A stretch of DNA of 64,000 bases, taken from assembly GCA_044225235.1 (NCBI GenBank), contig JBGAIX010000011.1:31452-95451 (forward strand), in the 5' to 3' direction. This document shows, one piece after another, positions 51,608-61,105 of the stretch (position 1 is the stretch's first letter; the number at the start of each line of letters is the position of its first letter). The DNA is from Propionibacteriaceae bacterium (GTDB taxonomy: Bacteria > Actinomycetota > Actinomycetes > Propionibacteriales > Propionibacteriaceae). A program made the translations under genes and the position numbers. A model generated the notes under the pieces. That model did no database searches, had not been told where the DNA came from, and worked only from the letters and a program-made list of their open reading frames with translations.

Positions 51608-52888
51608 TTGGTGGGTTCGGCCGCGGTGGCTACGCTGTGCCCCGTGACTCGGTCGCCGCTGGCCCCGCCTCCGTTGCGTGTGCACACGAGGCCGATCGGG
51701 GCTCCGGCGTCCCTGCTGTCGCAACTGCCCTTGCGCGACGGCTTCGCCTGGGTGCGCAAAGGCGAGGGGATGGTCGCCTGGGGCGAGGCGGTGCGGCACA
51801 AGCCGGCCACCATTGCTGAGGCGGAGGAGTGGTGGGGTCACCTCACCGAACAGACAGAGGTCGTCACCCGACTCGACGACGAGCCAGCCGGAGCCGGTCT
51901 GATCGCATTCGGAAGCTTCGTCTTCGACGCGGCGAACACCGAGGAACAGTCCCGGCTGGTCGTTCCGCAGACCGTCATCGGCTTCCGGGACGGGCGTGCG
52001 TGGCGGACCGACATCGGCCCGGCGCGGCCGGACGACAGCACCCCTATCCCGCCCCCGAGGCCGCCGCGCGGCGTGCGCTGGGCTCCCGGGGCGCTCAGTG
52101 AGGCAGCCTGGGAACGCGCGGTGGCGGACGCCGTGGGCCGGATCGGCCGGGGCGCGCTGGACAAGGTGGTGCTCGCGCGAGACGTCATCGCCACCGCGGA
52201 GGAAGACCTCGACCCGCGCTGGCTCGCATCGCGACTGACCGAGCGGTACGGGCAGTGCTGGACCTACATCGTGGACGGCCTGGTGGGGGCCACCCCAGAA
52301 ATGCTGGTCAAGCGCGAAGCCGGCTTGGTGACCTCGCGCGTGCTCGCGGGCACGATCAGGAGGTCCACCGATCCCCAGCACGATCTGAACCTGGCGGCAG
52401 CACTGTCCCAGTCCTCCAAGGATCTCGAGGAGCACGAGTACGCGGTCCGCTCGGTCGCTCGAGCCCTTCGCCCGTACTGCTCGGGCATGAACGTGCCCGA
52501 CGCCCCGTACGTCCTCGAGTTGCCGAACGTGCTCCACCTGGCCACCGACGTCACTGCGGCCGCGCACCGCAAGGCCACCGCGCTGACGTTGGTCCGGGCG
52601 TTGCACCCCAGCGCAGCAGTCTGTGGAACCCCGACCGACGCAGCGCGGTCGTTGATCGCCGAACTGGAGCACCTGGACCGTGAGCGCTACGCCGGGCCGG
52701 TCGGCTGGATCGACGCGCGAGGGGACGGCGAGTGGGCCATCGCCCTTCGGTGCGGGCAGATCAGCCAAACCGACCCCCGTCAGATCCGCCTGTTCGCAGG
52801 GTGCGGAATCGTCGCCGGCTCCGATCCGGCCGCCGAACTCGCTGAAGCGCAAGCCAAGCTGATCCCCATGCGGGAATCGCTACTCTGA
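51608..52888 (+). CDS. menF: isochorismate synthase
   Basis: 426 aa (the start may be GTG 51644). Chorismate-binding blocks KVVLARD, LHPSAAVCGTP, RERYAGPVGWID..GDGEWAIALRC, AGCGIVAGSDP. Confidence 0.88.
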   Translation: MVGSAAVATLCPVTRSPLAPPPLRVHTRPIGAPASLLSQLPLRDGFAWVRKGEGMVAWGEAVRHKPATIAEAEEWWGHLTEQTEVVTRLDDEPAGAGLIAFGSFVFDAANTEEQSRLVVPQTVIGFRDGRAWRTDIGPARPDDSTPIPPPRPPRGVRWAPGALSEAAWERAVADAVGRIGRGALDKVVLARDVIATAEEDLDPRWLASRLTERYGQCWTYIVDGLVGATPEMLVKREAGLVTSRVLAGTIRRSTDPQHDLNLAAALSQSSKDLEEHEYAVRSVARALRPYCSGMNVPDAPYVLELPNVLHLATDVTAAAHRKATALTLVRALHPSAAVCGTPTDAARSLIAELEHLDRERYAGPVGWIDARGDGEWAIALRCGQISQTDPRQIRLFAGCGIVAGSDPAAELAEAQAKLIPMRESLL

Positions 52889-52891
52889 GGC

Positions 52892-54052
52892 ATGCCTTCG
52901 ACGTCGAGGACCCGCCCAACGGTCGCTGTGGTGCTGGCAGGTGGTCGCTCGAGTCGCTTCGGAAGCGACAAGCTGGAGGCGCCGATCAACGGCTCATCCC
53001 TCCTCGACGCGGTCCTGTCGGGGCTCCCTGAGGAGACTGTGGTCGCCGTTGTGGGACCACCTCGGCCGGTGTCGCGAGAGGTCACGTTCATCCACGAGAC
53101 TCCGCTCGGCAGCGGCCCCGCCGGCGCCATCGTCGCCGGCTTGAAGTGGGCACTGCAGCGCAATCCGCTGGCGGTGGTCGTCGCACCCGCCGACGCGCCC
53201 CGTGCCGGCGGCGCCGCCTCGGCCCTGTTGGCTCGACTGCTCGAGGCTGACGCCGAGGGCGCTGCTGCCAGAACCGAGGCGGTTGTCGGGGTGGACGGCA
53301 CCGGGCGCCTTCAACCGCTGTTGCTCGCGCTGCGGAGCGGCGCTGCAGAGGCCATCGTGAAGAGGGCCGGCGTCGGCGGCGCGGCGCACGCCCCGGCAGC
53401 ATTCCTGCTCGAGGCGATTGAGCCTTACGTGCGGCACCCGCTGTCGGCCGTCGAGACATTCGACATCGATACGCCGGCGCAATTGCTGGCCTGGGAGATC
53501 CAGCATTCCGATCCGGTGACCAGTCTGGTCGCCGCCGTCAGAGAGTGGCCGGCGCGGCCAGGGCTGCCGCGCGTTTTGGCTGTGGACGGACTGACGGGGG
53601 CGACGGTGGTCACAGGTGATGACTTCTATTCAGGTGCGCTCGCTGAGCTGGACCGGGACGCGCTGGAGCAGATGCCCGATGACCTGATCTGCGAGCGTGT
53701 CATCGACTGGCGCCGGCTCCGTGCGGAGGCGTTGGAGCCGCTGCTCGCGGGCCGGCCAGCGACGTTCCAGGCCTACGACTGGAACGCCGCGGACGGTCGG
53801 CTCGGCCCGACGCGTCAGCTCGCGCCGAGTGACCTGGTGATCATCGACGGCGTCTACAGCGCACGGGTGGAGTTGCTCGACCTGGTCGACTTCTGCAGCT
53901 ACGTCGACGTCGATCCCGACAGCCGACAGGATCGCTACGCGGAGCGACCGGACAAGCCGGAGTGGCGGGACTTCTGGGAGCGTGGCGAGCAGCACTACTT
54001 CCGCCACCTGCGACCGCCGGCGAGCTTCGACATGGTCGTCGAACCGGCTTGA
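52892..54052 (+). CDS. fusion protein: MobA-like nucleotidyltransferase domain plus uridine-kinase-like domain that lacks a recognisable P-loop
   Basis: 386 aa. N-terminus VAVVLAGGRSSRFGSDKLEAPING. The C-terminal half resembles nucleoside/uridine-kinase-like proteins (VIIDGVYSAR, VDVDPDSRQDRYAER). Where GxxGxGKS/T is expected it reads VLAVDGLTGATVVTGDDFY. Confidence 0.65.
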   Translation: MPSTSRTRPTVAVVLAGGRSSRFGSDKLEAPINGSSLLDAVLSGLPEETVVAVVGPPRPVSREVTFIHETPLGSGPAGAIVAGLKWALQRNPLAVVVAPADAPRAGGAASALLARLLEADAEGAAARTEAVVGVDGTGRLQPLLLALRSGAAEAIVKRAGVGGAAHAPAAFLLEAIEPYVRHPLSAVETFDIDTPAQLLAWEIQHSDPVTSLVAAVREWPARPGLPRVLAVDGLTGATVVTGDDFYSGALAELDRDALEQMPDDLICERVIDWRRLRAEALEPLLAGRPATFQAYDWNAADGRLGPTRQLAPSDLVIIDGVYSARVELLDLVDFCSYVDVDPDSRQDRYAERPDKPEWRDFWERGEQHYFRHLRPPASFDMVVEPA

Positions 54053-54250
54053 GATTTCGCAACACAATCTGCGCGTAATTCAGCCCTGATTCGGGCTGTG
54101 GCGTGGGCATTCGCCGTGGATCGGGCCGAAATGACGAGGCCGGTTCGAGGGTCGTAGACTCTGCCGGAGACTTCGTGAACGATTTCACTAAGTCCGATCC
54201 GGAGGCCTGCGACGGGCCTCGCGAGGTGCGTGGGGACGTTGGGAGCGCGG

Positions 54251-55594
54251 ATGTCGGAGCAGGTGCGCGGAGCCGCTGACGCGGTACCCGCATCCTCCCT
54301 GCTGCCGGCCGGCGCTGTCGGCGACATCGAGCGGGCAGCCATCGAATCTGATGTCGTGATCGTCGGAGCCGGACCCGCCGGGTCCGCCACCGCGACGCAC
54401 CTCGCCCGCCGGGGGCTGCAGGTGTCGCTGCTCGAGAAGAGCCAGTTTCCGCGTGAGAAGGTCTGCGGCGACGGGCTGACTCCGCGGGCCACCCGGCAGC
54501 TGATCCGGATCGGCATCGACACCTCGGAGCAGGCCGGCTGGCTGCACAACAAGGGCCTGCGCATCTATGGCGGTGGCGAGCAGCCGTTCGAGCTGCCCTG
54601 GCCGGATTTGGCGGATTTTCCTCCGTACGGGCTGGTCAGGCCGCGCGCCGACTTCGACGATCTGCTGGCCCGCCACGCGGTCGCCTCCGGTGCGAAGCTG
54701 TACGAACTCGCCAACGTCACCGCGCCGGTGCTCGACGACCGGACGGGACGCATCGTAGGTGTGACGACCAAGGACGGCCGGCGTTTCACTGCGCCGATGG
54801 TGATCGCGGCCGACGGCAACTCCACCCGACTCAGCCTGGCGATGGGACTCACCCGCCGTGAGGACCGGCCGATGGGCGTCGCGGTCCGTGCCTACTACAC
54901 GAGCCCGCGCCATGTCGATGACTATCTGGAGTCCTGGCTGGAGCTGTGGGACGGCAAGCCCGGCGCGAGCAATCTGCTGCCCGGCTACGGCTGGATCTTC
55001 GGAATGGGCGACGGCACCTGCAACGTCGGGCTCGGCATCCTCAATACGTCGTCTGCATTCGGCCGGACCGACTACAAGGACCTGCTGCGCCGGTGGCTGG
55101 ACAACACCCCGGAGGAGTGGGGATTCCGCGAGCACAACCGCACCGTGCCGGTGCGCGGAGCGGCATTGCCGATGGGTTTCAACCGCACCCCGCACTACAC
55201 GAACGGATTGCTGCTCGTCGGCGATGCGGGCGGGATGGTGAACCCCTTCAACGGAGAGGGCATCGCGTACGCCATGGAGTCCGCCGAGATCGCTGCGGAT
55301 GCCGTCGCAGAGGCCCACTACCGCGGCCCAGGCACTGCGAGTGCCGAACGGGCGCTGCAGTCGTACCCGGTCAAGCTCAAGGCCTCGCTCGGCGGCTATT
55401 ACACGCTCGGTCGCGCGTTCGTGAAGCTGATCGGGCATCCCCAGGTGATGGGTGTGTGCACGAAGTACGGGCTACCCCGCAAGACCTTGATGAGATTCAC
55501 GCTGAAGCTGCTGGCCAACCTCACCGATGCGAAGGACGGGGACGCCATGGACAAGGTGATCAATTCCCTCTCCCGGATCGCGCCGGCCGCATGA
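54251..55594 (+). CDS. geranylgeranyl reductase family flavoprotein (MenJ-like menaquinone side-chain reductase candidate)
   Basis: ORF track 54230..55594; ATG 54251 follows GGGAG. Motifs DVVIVGAGPAGSATA, EKSQFPREKVCGDGLTPRA, GDAGGMVNPFNGEGI. Confidence 0.85.
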   Translation: MSEQVRGAADAVPASSLLPAGAVGDIERAAIESDVVIVGAGPAGSATATHLARRGLQVSLLEKSQFPREKVCGDGLTPRATRQLIRIGIDTSEQAGWLHNKGLRIYGGGEQPFELPWPDLADFPPYGLVRPRADFDDLLARHAVASGAKLYELANVTAPVLDDRTGRIVGVTTKDGRRFTAPMVIAADGNSTRLSLAMGLTRREDRPMGVAVRAYYTSPRHVDDYLESWLELWDGKPGASNLLPGYGWIFGMGDGTCNVGLGILNTSSAFGRTDYKDLLRRWLDNTPEEWGFREHNRTVPVRGAALPMGFNRTPHYTNGLLLVGDAGGMVNPFNGEGIAYAMESAEIAADAVAEAHYRGPGTASAERALQSYPVKLKASLGGYYTLGRAFVKLIGHPQVMGVCTKYGLPRKTLMRFTLKLLANLTDAKDGDAMDKVINSLSRIAPAA

Positions 55595-55661
55595 GCGCGA
55601 CCGACCTGCACTGCGCCCGCCGTGATCGCGCGGACACCCCACGGACCTACGGAGGACGCCG

Positions 55662-56021
55662 GTGAGTCCCTATCTCGGCATCGTCATCCTGTTGGCGATC
55701 GCGTCCGGATTCGTCGCGCTGACGATCCTGACGAGCGTGCTCGTCGGGCCCGGTCGCTTCAACCGGGCGAAGTACGAGTCGTACGAGTGTGGCATCGAGC
55801 CCACTCCGCAGCCGGTCGGCGGCGGCCGCTTCCCGGTCAAGTACTACATCACCGCGATGCTCTTCATCGTCTTCGACATCGAGATCGTCTTCCTCTACCC
55901 GTGGGCCGTGTCGTTCGACCAGATGGGGACGTTTGCCCTGGTCGAGATGGTGTTGTTCATCGCCACCGTGTTCGTCGCCTACTTCTACGTGCTGCGCCGC
56001 GGCGGATTGGAGTGGGACTGA
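55662..56021 (+). CDS. nuoA: NADH-quinone oxidoreductase subunit A
   Basis: 119 aa. Motifs [37 protein letters not shown]. Confidence 0.95.
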   Translation: MSPYLGIVILLAIASGFVALTILTSVLVGPGRFNRAKYESYECGIEPTPQPVGGGRFPVKYYITAMLFIVFDIEIVFLYPWAVSFDQMGTFALVEMVLFIATVFVAYFYVLRRGGLEWD

Positions 56022-56022
56022 C

Positions 56023-56586
56023 ATGCACGGGCTGAGCATCCGCTCTTTCGAGCGTCGGCAATCGCCGGCGCCAGTGTCTGCAGGACGAGTGCGCGGACAC
56101 GCCTTTCCGTCCGCTCACGAGGAGGAAGCCGCCGGCTTTGAGCCGGCGATCGAGATGATGACCTACGGGGCGCCGCGATATGACTCCGGCCGTTGGGGCC
56201 AGGAGGTCTTCCGTGCCTCGCCTCGGCAGGCGGACCTGATGATCGTCGCGGGCCGTGTCAGCCAGAAGATGGCACCGGTGCTCCGCCAGATCTACGACCA
56301 GATGCCGAACCCGAAGTGGGTTCTGGCGATGGGCGTTTGTGCCAGCACCGGCGGCATGTTCAACAACTACGCGATCGTTCAGGGCGTGGACCACGTGGTT
56401 CCGGTCGACATGTACCTACCGGGCTGCCCACCTCGGCCGGAGATGCTCATCGACGCGATGTTCAAGCTGCGTGACAAGGTGCGGCACACCCCGATCGGCT
56501 ACAACGCGACCGTGGCCGACCAGGAAGCCGAGCAGCGCCAGCTGGAGGCTCCCGCCCTGATCGAGCGGAAGGGGCTGCTGCGGTGA
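56023..56586 (+). CDS. nuoB: NADH-quinone oxidoreductase subunit B with a non-canonical N-terminal about 41 residues
   Basis: In frame with ORF 55789..56586, ATG at 56023. From [13 protein letters not shown] onward it is canonical ([71 protein letters not shown]). The expected FGLACCAIEMM reads [11 protein letters not shown]. Confidence 0.8.
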   Translation: MHGLSIRSFERRQSPAPVSAGRVRGHAFPSAHEEEAAGFEPAIEMMTYGAPRYDSGRWGQEVFRASPRQADLMIVAGRVSQKMAPVLRQIYDQMPNPKWVLAMGVCASTGGMFNNYAIVQGVDHVVPVDMYLPGCPPRPEMLIDAMFKLRDKVRHTPIGYNATVADQEAEQRQLEAPALIERKGLLR

Positions 56587-57377
56587 GCGGTGACCATACG
56601 CCTGACGAGAAGCTGCACACCGAGTCCGACGCCAAGGCACCCGTGACCGGTGCAGATCCGAAGGGCGAGTCCGAGCCGGACCCGGAGACCGGGTCTGAGG
56701 CGCTGGACCCGGCTGACGGCGCGGCCCGCGCCGAGGTGCTGGAGGTGCGGCGCGGCATGTTCGGGGCCCGCGGATCCGGCGACACATCGGGCTACGGCGG
56801 CCTCACCACGACCATCGAGTTCCCGGCGCCCGCCAGGCCGCCGTTCGGTGGCTGGTGGGACCAGGTGAACGATCGGCTCGGTGTGCTGGTGCCGAACTAC
56901 TCCGACGTGGTGACGGCAGTGGTGATCCACCGCGGCGAGATCACCTTCCACGTCGCACGCGAGCACCTCACCAGCCTCGTCCGGCTCCTGCGCGACGACC
57001 CGTACCTGCGGTTCGAGTTCTGCAGCAGCGTTTCCGGCGTGCACTACCCAGAGGATGCCGGGCGGGAACTCCACGCCGTCTATCACCTTCAGTCGATGAC
57101 CTACAACCGGCGGCTCCGGCTGGAGGTGTCGGCGCCCGACGGCGACCCGCACATCCCGAGCGTCGTGCCCACCTACCCGACGGCTGACTGGCACGAGCGC
57201 GAGACGTACGACATGTTCGGCATCGTCTTCGATGGCCACCCGGCGCTGACGCGCATTCTGATGCCCGACGACTGGCCTGGCCACCCGCAACGCAAGGACT
57301 ACCCGCTGGGCGGGATCCCGGTGGAGTACAAGGGCGCCACCATCCCGCCGCCCGATGAGCGGAGGAACTACTCATGA
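56583..57377 (+). CDS. nuoC: NADH-quinone oxidoreductase subunit C
   Basis: 264 aa. Motifs [27 protein letters not shown]. Confidence 0.93.
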   Translation: MSGDHTPDEKLHTESDAKAPVTGADPKGESEPDPETGSEALDPADGAARAEVLEVRRGMFGARGSGDTSGYGGLTTTIEFPAPARPPFGGWWDQVNDRLGVLVPNYSDVVTAVVIHRGEITFHVAREHLTSLVRLLRDDPYLRFEFCSSVSGVHYPEDAGRELHAVYHLQSMTYNRRLRLEVSAPDGDPHIPSVVPTYPTADWHERETYDMFGIVFDGHPALTRILMPDDWPGHPQRKDYPLGGIPVEYKGATIPPPDERRNYS

Positions 57378-58732
57378 CGACATCGGCCGAGAGCACGACG
57401 CAGGATCCCTACGCCGCGGCAGCAGGCGACCCGGCCGAGGGCCGGGTCTACACGGTCACGGGCCAGGACTGGGACGACCTGGTTGCGGAGAACGCCGAAC
57501 GCGGCGACGAGCGGATCGTCGTGAACATGGGTCCGCAGCACCCGTCGACCCACGGCGTGCTCCGCCTCATCCTCGAGATGGAGGGTGAGTCGGTGACTGA
57601 GGCCCGGTGCGGCATCGGCTACCTGCACACCGGCATCGAAAAGAACATGGAGTTCCGCACCTGGACCCAGGGCGTGACCTTCTGTACCCGGATGGATTAC
57701 CTCTCGCCGCTCTCGCAGGAGACCACATACTGCCTCGGCGTCGAGCGGTTGCTCGGGATCGAGGAGCAGATCCCGGAGAAGGCCAATGTCATCCGGGTGA
57801 TGATGCTCGAGCTGAATCGGATCTCGTCGCACCTGGTCTGCATCGCCACCGGCGGGATGGAGATCGGCGCGCTCACCGTGATGACGATCGGATTCCGTGA
57901 GCGGGAGAAAGTGCTCGACGCCTTCGAGCTGATCACTGGTCTGCGCATGAACCACGCCTACATCCGGCCGGGCGGGGTCGCCCAGGACCTGCCGACCGGG
58001 GCCTTGGAGCACGTCAAGGACCTGGTCGTCTGGATGAAGAAGCATCTCCCCGAGTACGCCGCGTTCTGCAACGAGAACCCGATCTTCAAGGGTCGGCTGG
58101 AGGGTGTCGGCCATCTCGACCTCGCCGGATGCCTGGCGCTGGGAATCACCGGTCCCACCCTCCGCTCGACCGGCTTCGACTGGGATCTCCGTAAGAAGCA
58201 GCCCTACTGCGGATACGAGACCTACGACTTCGAGGTGCAGACCTGGGACACCAGCGATGCGTACGGGCGGTTCCGGATCCGGGTGAACGAGATGTGGGAG
58301 AGCCTGAAGATCGTCGAGCAGTGCGTCGCCCGGCTGGAGAAAATGGCGGGCGACCCGGTGATGGTCGCCGACAAGAAGATCGCCTGGCCGGCGCAGCTGT
58401 CCGTCGGCTCCGACGGCATGGGTAACTCCAACGAGCACATCAAGCACATCATGGGCGAGTCGATGGAGGCACTGATCCATCACTTCAAGCTGGTCACCGA
58501 GGGCTTCCGGGTGCCACCGGGCCAGGCGTACGTCCCGATCGAAAGCCCGCGTGGCGAGATCGGCGCACACGTCGTCTCCGATGGCGGCACTCGGCCGTTC
58601 CGGGCGCACTTCCGCGATCCCAGCTTCACCAACCTCCAGGCGATGCCCGTGATGTGCGAGGGGTCGATGGTCAGTGATGTCGTGGTCGCGGTCGCGAGCC
58701 TCGATCCGGTGATGGGCGGTGTGGACCGGTGA
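57374..58732 (+). CDS. nuoD: NADH-quinone oxidoreductase subunit D
   Basis: 452 aa. Motifs [31 protein letters not shown]-type block [19 protein letters not shown]. Confidence 0.95.
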   Translation: MTTSAESTTQDPYAAAAGDPAEGRVYTVTGQDWDDLVAENAERGDERIVVNMGPQHPSTHGVLRLILEMEGESVTEARCGIGYLHTGIEKNMEFRTWTQGVTFCTRMDYLSPLSQETTYCLGVERLLGIEEQIPEKANVIRVMMLELNRISSHLVCIATGGMEIGALTVMTIGFREREKVLDAFELITGLRMNHAYIRPGGVAQDLPTGALEHVKDLVVWMKKHLPEYAAFCNENPIFKGRLEGVGHLDLAGCLALGITGPTLRSTGFDWDLRKKQPYCGYETYDFEVQTWDTSDAYGRFRIRVNEMWESLKIVEQCVARLEKMAGDPVMVADKKIAWPAQLSVGSDGMGNSNEHIKHIMGESMEALIHHFKLVTEGFRVPPGQAYVPIESPRGEIGAHVVSDGGTRPFRAHFRDPSFTNLQAMPVMCEGSMVSDVVVAVASLDPVMGGVDR

Positions 58733-58928
58733 CCACCCGCCGCCTGTTGTTCGGCCCGCGTCGCGCCGCGCGGCCGTCGCTACCATCCGCCCTCGCAGGC
58801 TCGGGCTCCCGCCAGACCCGTCCACGCTCCGCCCACGCGGCGCGACGCGGGCTAGACGAGTGCTCCTCCGCGACTATCGGAGCGGTGGCGCGGGTCGTTG
58901 ATCATCGTGACCTCGGAGGGGTGGGCTG

Positions 58929-59795
58929 ATGGGTGAGTTGATCGAGCCCCTGCCGCAGCGGGCGAACGGGCACGCGGGTGGGGACATCGCGGCCGAGGAT
59001 CTGGCTGGACAGGTCGGGCACGGCGGCGCGGGACACAGCCACGGGCACTTCACCACCCACTTCGATGAGCCCGGCCTGGACTACGCGGCGACCGGCTCGG
59101 CGATCACCGAGCACACTGTCGGGGAGCTGCGGCAGATCGCCTCGCGCTACCCGCAGGCGCGATCGGCGCTGCTGCCGATGCTGCATCTGGTGCAGAGTGT
59201 CGAGGGGCGGGTGACGCCGGCCGGGATCGAGGTGTGTGCCGAGATCCTCGGCCTGTCGACCGCCGATGTCAGCGGGGTCGCGACCTTTTACACGATGTAC
59301 AAGCGTCGGCCGGTGGGGGAGTACCACGTCGGCGTCTGCACGACCGCCCTGTGCGCGATCATGGGCGGCGACGAGGTCTTCGCCCGGCTCCAGGACCACT
59401 TGGGCGTCGGCAACGACGAGACCACCGCGGACGGCAAGATCACGCTGGAGCACCTCGAGTGCAACGCCGCCTGCGACTACGCCCCGGTGATGATGGTGAA
59501 CTGGGAGTTCTTCGACAACACGACCCCAGAGTCGGCGGTCGACGTGGTCGACCGGCTTCGAGCCGGTGAGGAAGTCGAGGCGACGCGCGGCGCCCGGGTC
59601 TGCACCTGGAAGCAGGCCGAGCGCGTCCTTGCCGGCTTCTCCGACGACCGCGCAGATGAGGGTCCCGGCAGCGGCCCTGCCTCGGTGTTGGGGCTTGGCA
59701 TCGCCCGCCGCAACGGCTGGTCCGCCCCGGCCAAGCCAGGTCGTCACCACCACGAACACATTCCGCCGTCGGACGGCCAAGGAGCGGGCGCATGA
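58929..59795 (+). CDS. nuoE: NADH-quinone oxidoreductase subunit E (with an unusual His-rich N-terminal extension)
   Basis: 288 aa. Motifs YPQARSALLPMLHLVQ, VGVCTTALCAIMGG, LECNAACDYAPVMMVN (2Fe-2S cysteines). Confidence 0.9.
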   Translation: MGELIEPLPQRANGHAGGDIAAEDLAGQVGHGGAGHSHGHFTTHFDEPGLDYAATGSAITEHTVGELRQIASRYPQARSALLPMLHLVQSVEGRVTPAGIEVCAEILGLSTADVSGVATFYTMYKRRPVGEYHVGVCTTALCAIMGGDEVFARLQDHLGVGNDETTADGKITLEHLECNAACDYAPVMMVNWEFFDNTTPESAVDVVDRLRAGEEVEATRGARVCTWKQAERVLAGFSDDRADEGPGSGPASVLGLGIARRNGWSAPAKPGRHHHEHIPPSDGQGAGA

Positions 59796-61105
59796 CCGAC
59801 ACCCTGACTCCGGTTCTCACCCGGAACTGGGGCGACGACCGCCCCTGGAAGCTGACGAACTACGAACACGACGGCGGCTACCAGGCGCTGCGGACGGCAC
59901 TTCAGATGCAGCCGGCGGACGTCGTAGCGACCGTCAAGGAGTCGGGTTTGCGTGGCCGCGGTGGGGCCGGGTTCCCCACCGGGATGAAGTGGAGCTTCAT
60001 CCCCCAGGACAACCCGAAGCCCAAGTACCTCGTCGTCAATGCCGACGAGTCGGAACCTGGCACCTGCAAGGACATCCCGCTGATGATGGCCAGCCCGCAC
60101 ACGCTGGTCGAAGGCGTCATCATCTCCGCGTACGCCATTCGGGCGAACCACGCGTTCATCTATGTGCGCGGCGAGGTGTTGCACGTCATCCGGCGGCTCC
60201 AGCAGGCCGTCCGTGAGGCGTACTCCGCCGGCTATTGCGGCCGCAACATCCTCGGCACCGGATACGACCTCGAGATCATCGTGCATGCCGGTGCGGGTGC
60301 GTACATCTGCGGGGAAGAGACTGCACTGCTGGACTCGCTGGAGGGCCGGCGTGGCCAGCCGCGGCTGCGGCCGCCCTTCCCGGCGGTCGCCGGTCTCTAC
60401 GCCAGTCCGACGGTGATCAACAACGTCGAGTCGATCGCTTCGGTGCCGAGCATCATCGCCAACGGTGCGGAGTGGTTCGCCTCGATGGGGACTGAGAAGT
60501 CCAAAGGGATGACGATCTACTCCCTCTCCGGGCATGTCACCAATCCCGGCCAGTTCGAGGCGCCGCTCGGCATCACGCTGCGTGAGTTGCTCGACCTGGC
60601 AGGAGGCATCCGGTCCGGCCATCAGCTGAAGTTCTGGACCCCCGGCGGATCGTCGACCCCGTTGCTGACCGCGGAACACCTCGACATTCCGCTGGACTAC
60701 GAGGGTGTCGCGAGCGTGAAGTCGATGCTCGGAACGAAGGCGTTGCAGTGCTTCGACGAGACCACCTCGGTGGTCCGCACCGTCCTGCGCTGGACGGAGT
60801 TCTACAAACATGAATCCTGTGGGAAGTGCACTCCCTGCCGAGAAGGCACCTGGTGGCTGGTGCAGATCCTGAAGCGGATGGAAGCAGGCAGGGGCGAGGA
60901 AGGCGACATCGAGAAGCTGCTCGACCTGTGCGAGAACATTCTCGGCCGCTCGTTCTGCGCCCTCGGTGACGGCGCGACCTCACCGATCAGTTCGGCGATC
61001 AAGTACTTCCGCGACGAGTTCGAGGCGGCGATGCATACCCCCGCGTGGGAACTCTTCCCGTACGAGCGCAGCACGATCTTCGTGCGCGAGGGGGCGAGCG
61101 CATGA
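59792..61105 (+). CDS. nuoF: NADH-quinone oxidoreductase subunit F
   Basis: 437 aa. Motifs [42 protein letters not shown]. Confidence 0.95.
   Translation: MTDTLTPVLTRNWGDDRPWKLTNYEHDGGYQALRTALQMQPADVVATVKESGLRGRGGAGFPTGMKWSFIPQDNPKPKYLVVNADESEPGTCKDIPLMMASPHTLVEGVIISAYAIRANHAFIYVRGEVLHVIRRLQQAVREAYSAGYCGRNILGTGYDLEIIVHAGAGAYICGEETALLDSLEGRRGQPRLRPPFPAVAGLYASPTVINNVESIASVPSIIANGAEWFASMGTEKSKGMTIYSLSGHVTNPGQFEAPLGITLRELLDLAGGIRSGHQLKFWTPGGSSTPLLTAEHLDIPLDYEGVASVKSMLGTKALQCFDETTSVVRTVLRWTEFYKHESCGKCTPCREGTWWLVQILKRMEAGRGEEGDIEKLLDLCENILGRSFCALGDGATSPISSAIKYFRDEFEAAMHTPAWELFPYERSTIFVREGASA

Noticed and set aside
56023-56147. A simple inversion as the explanation for the aberrant nuoB 5' end
   Set aside because: The reverse complement gives only short colinear echoes (GFLL, RKG, W, PA, C) spread over three frames, and it does not restore ATG...FGLACC. 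The similarity could be chance in GC-rich sequence. It is left as a check inside the nuoB finding.
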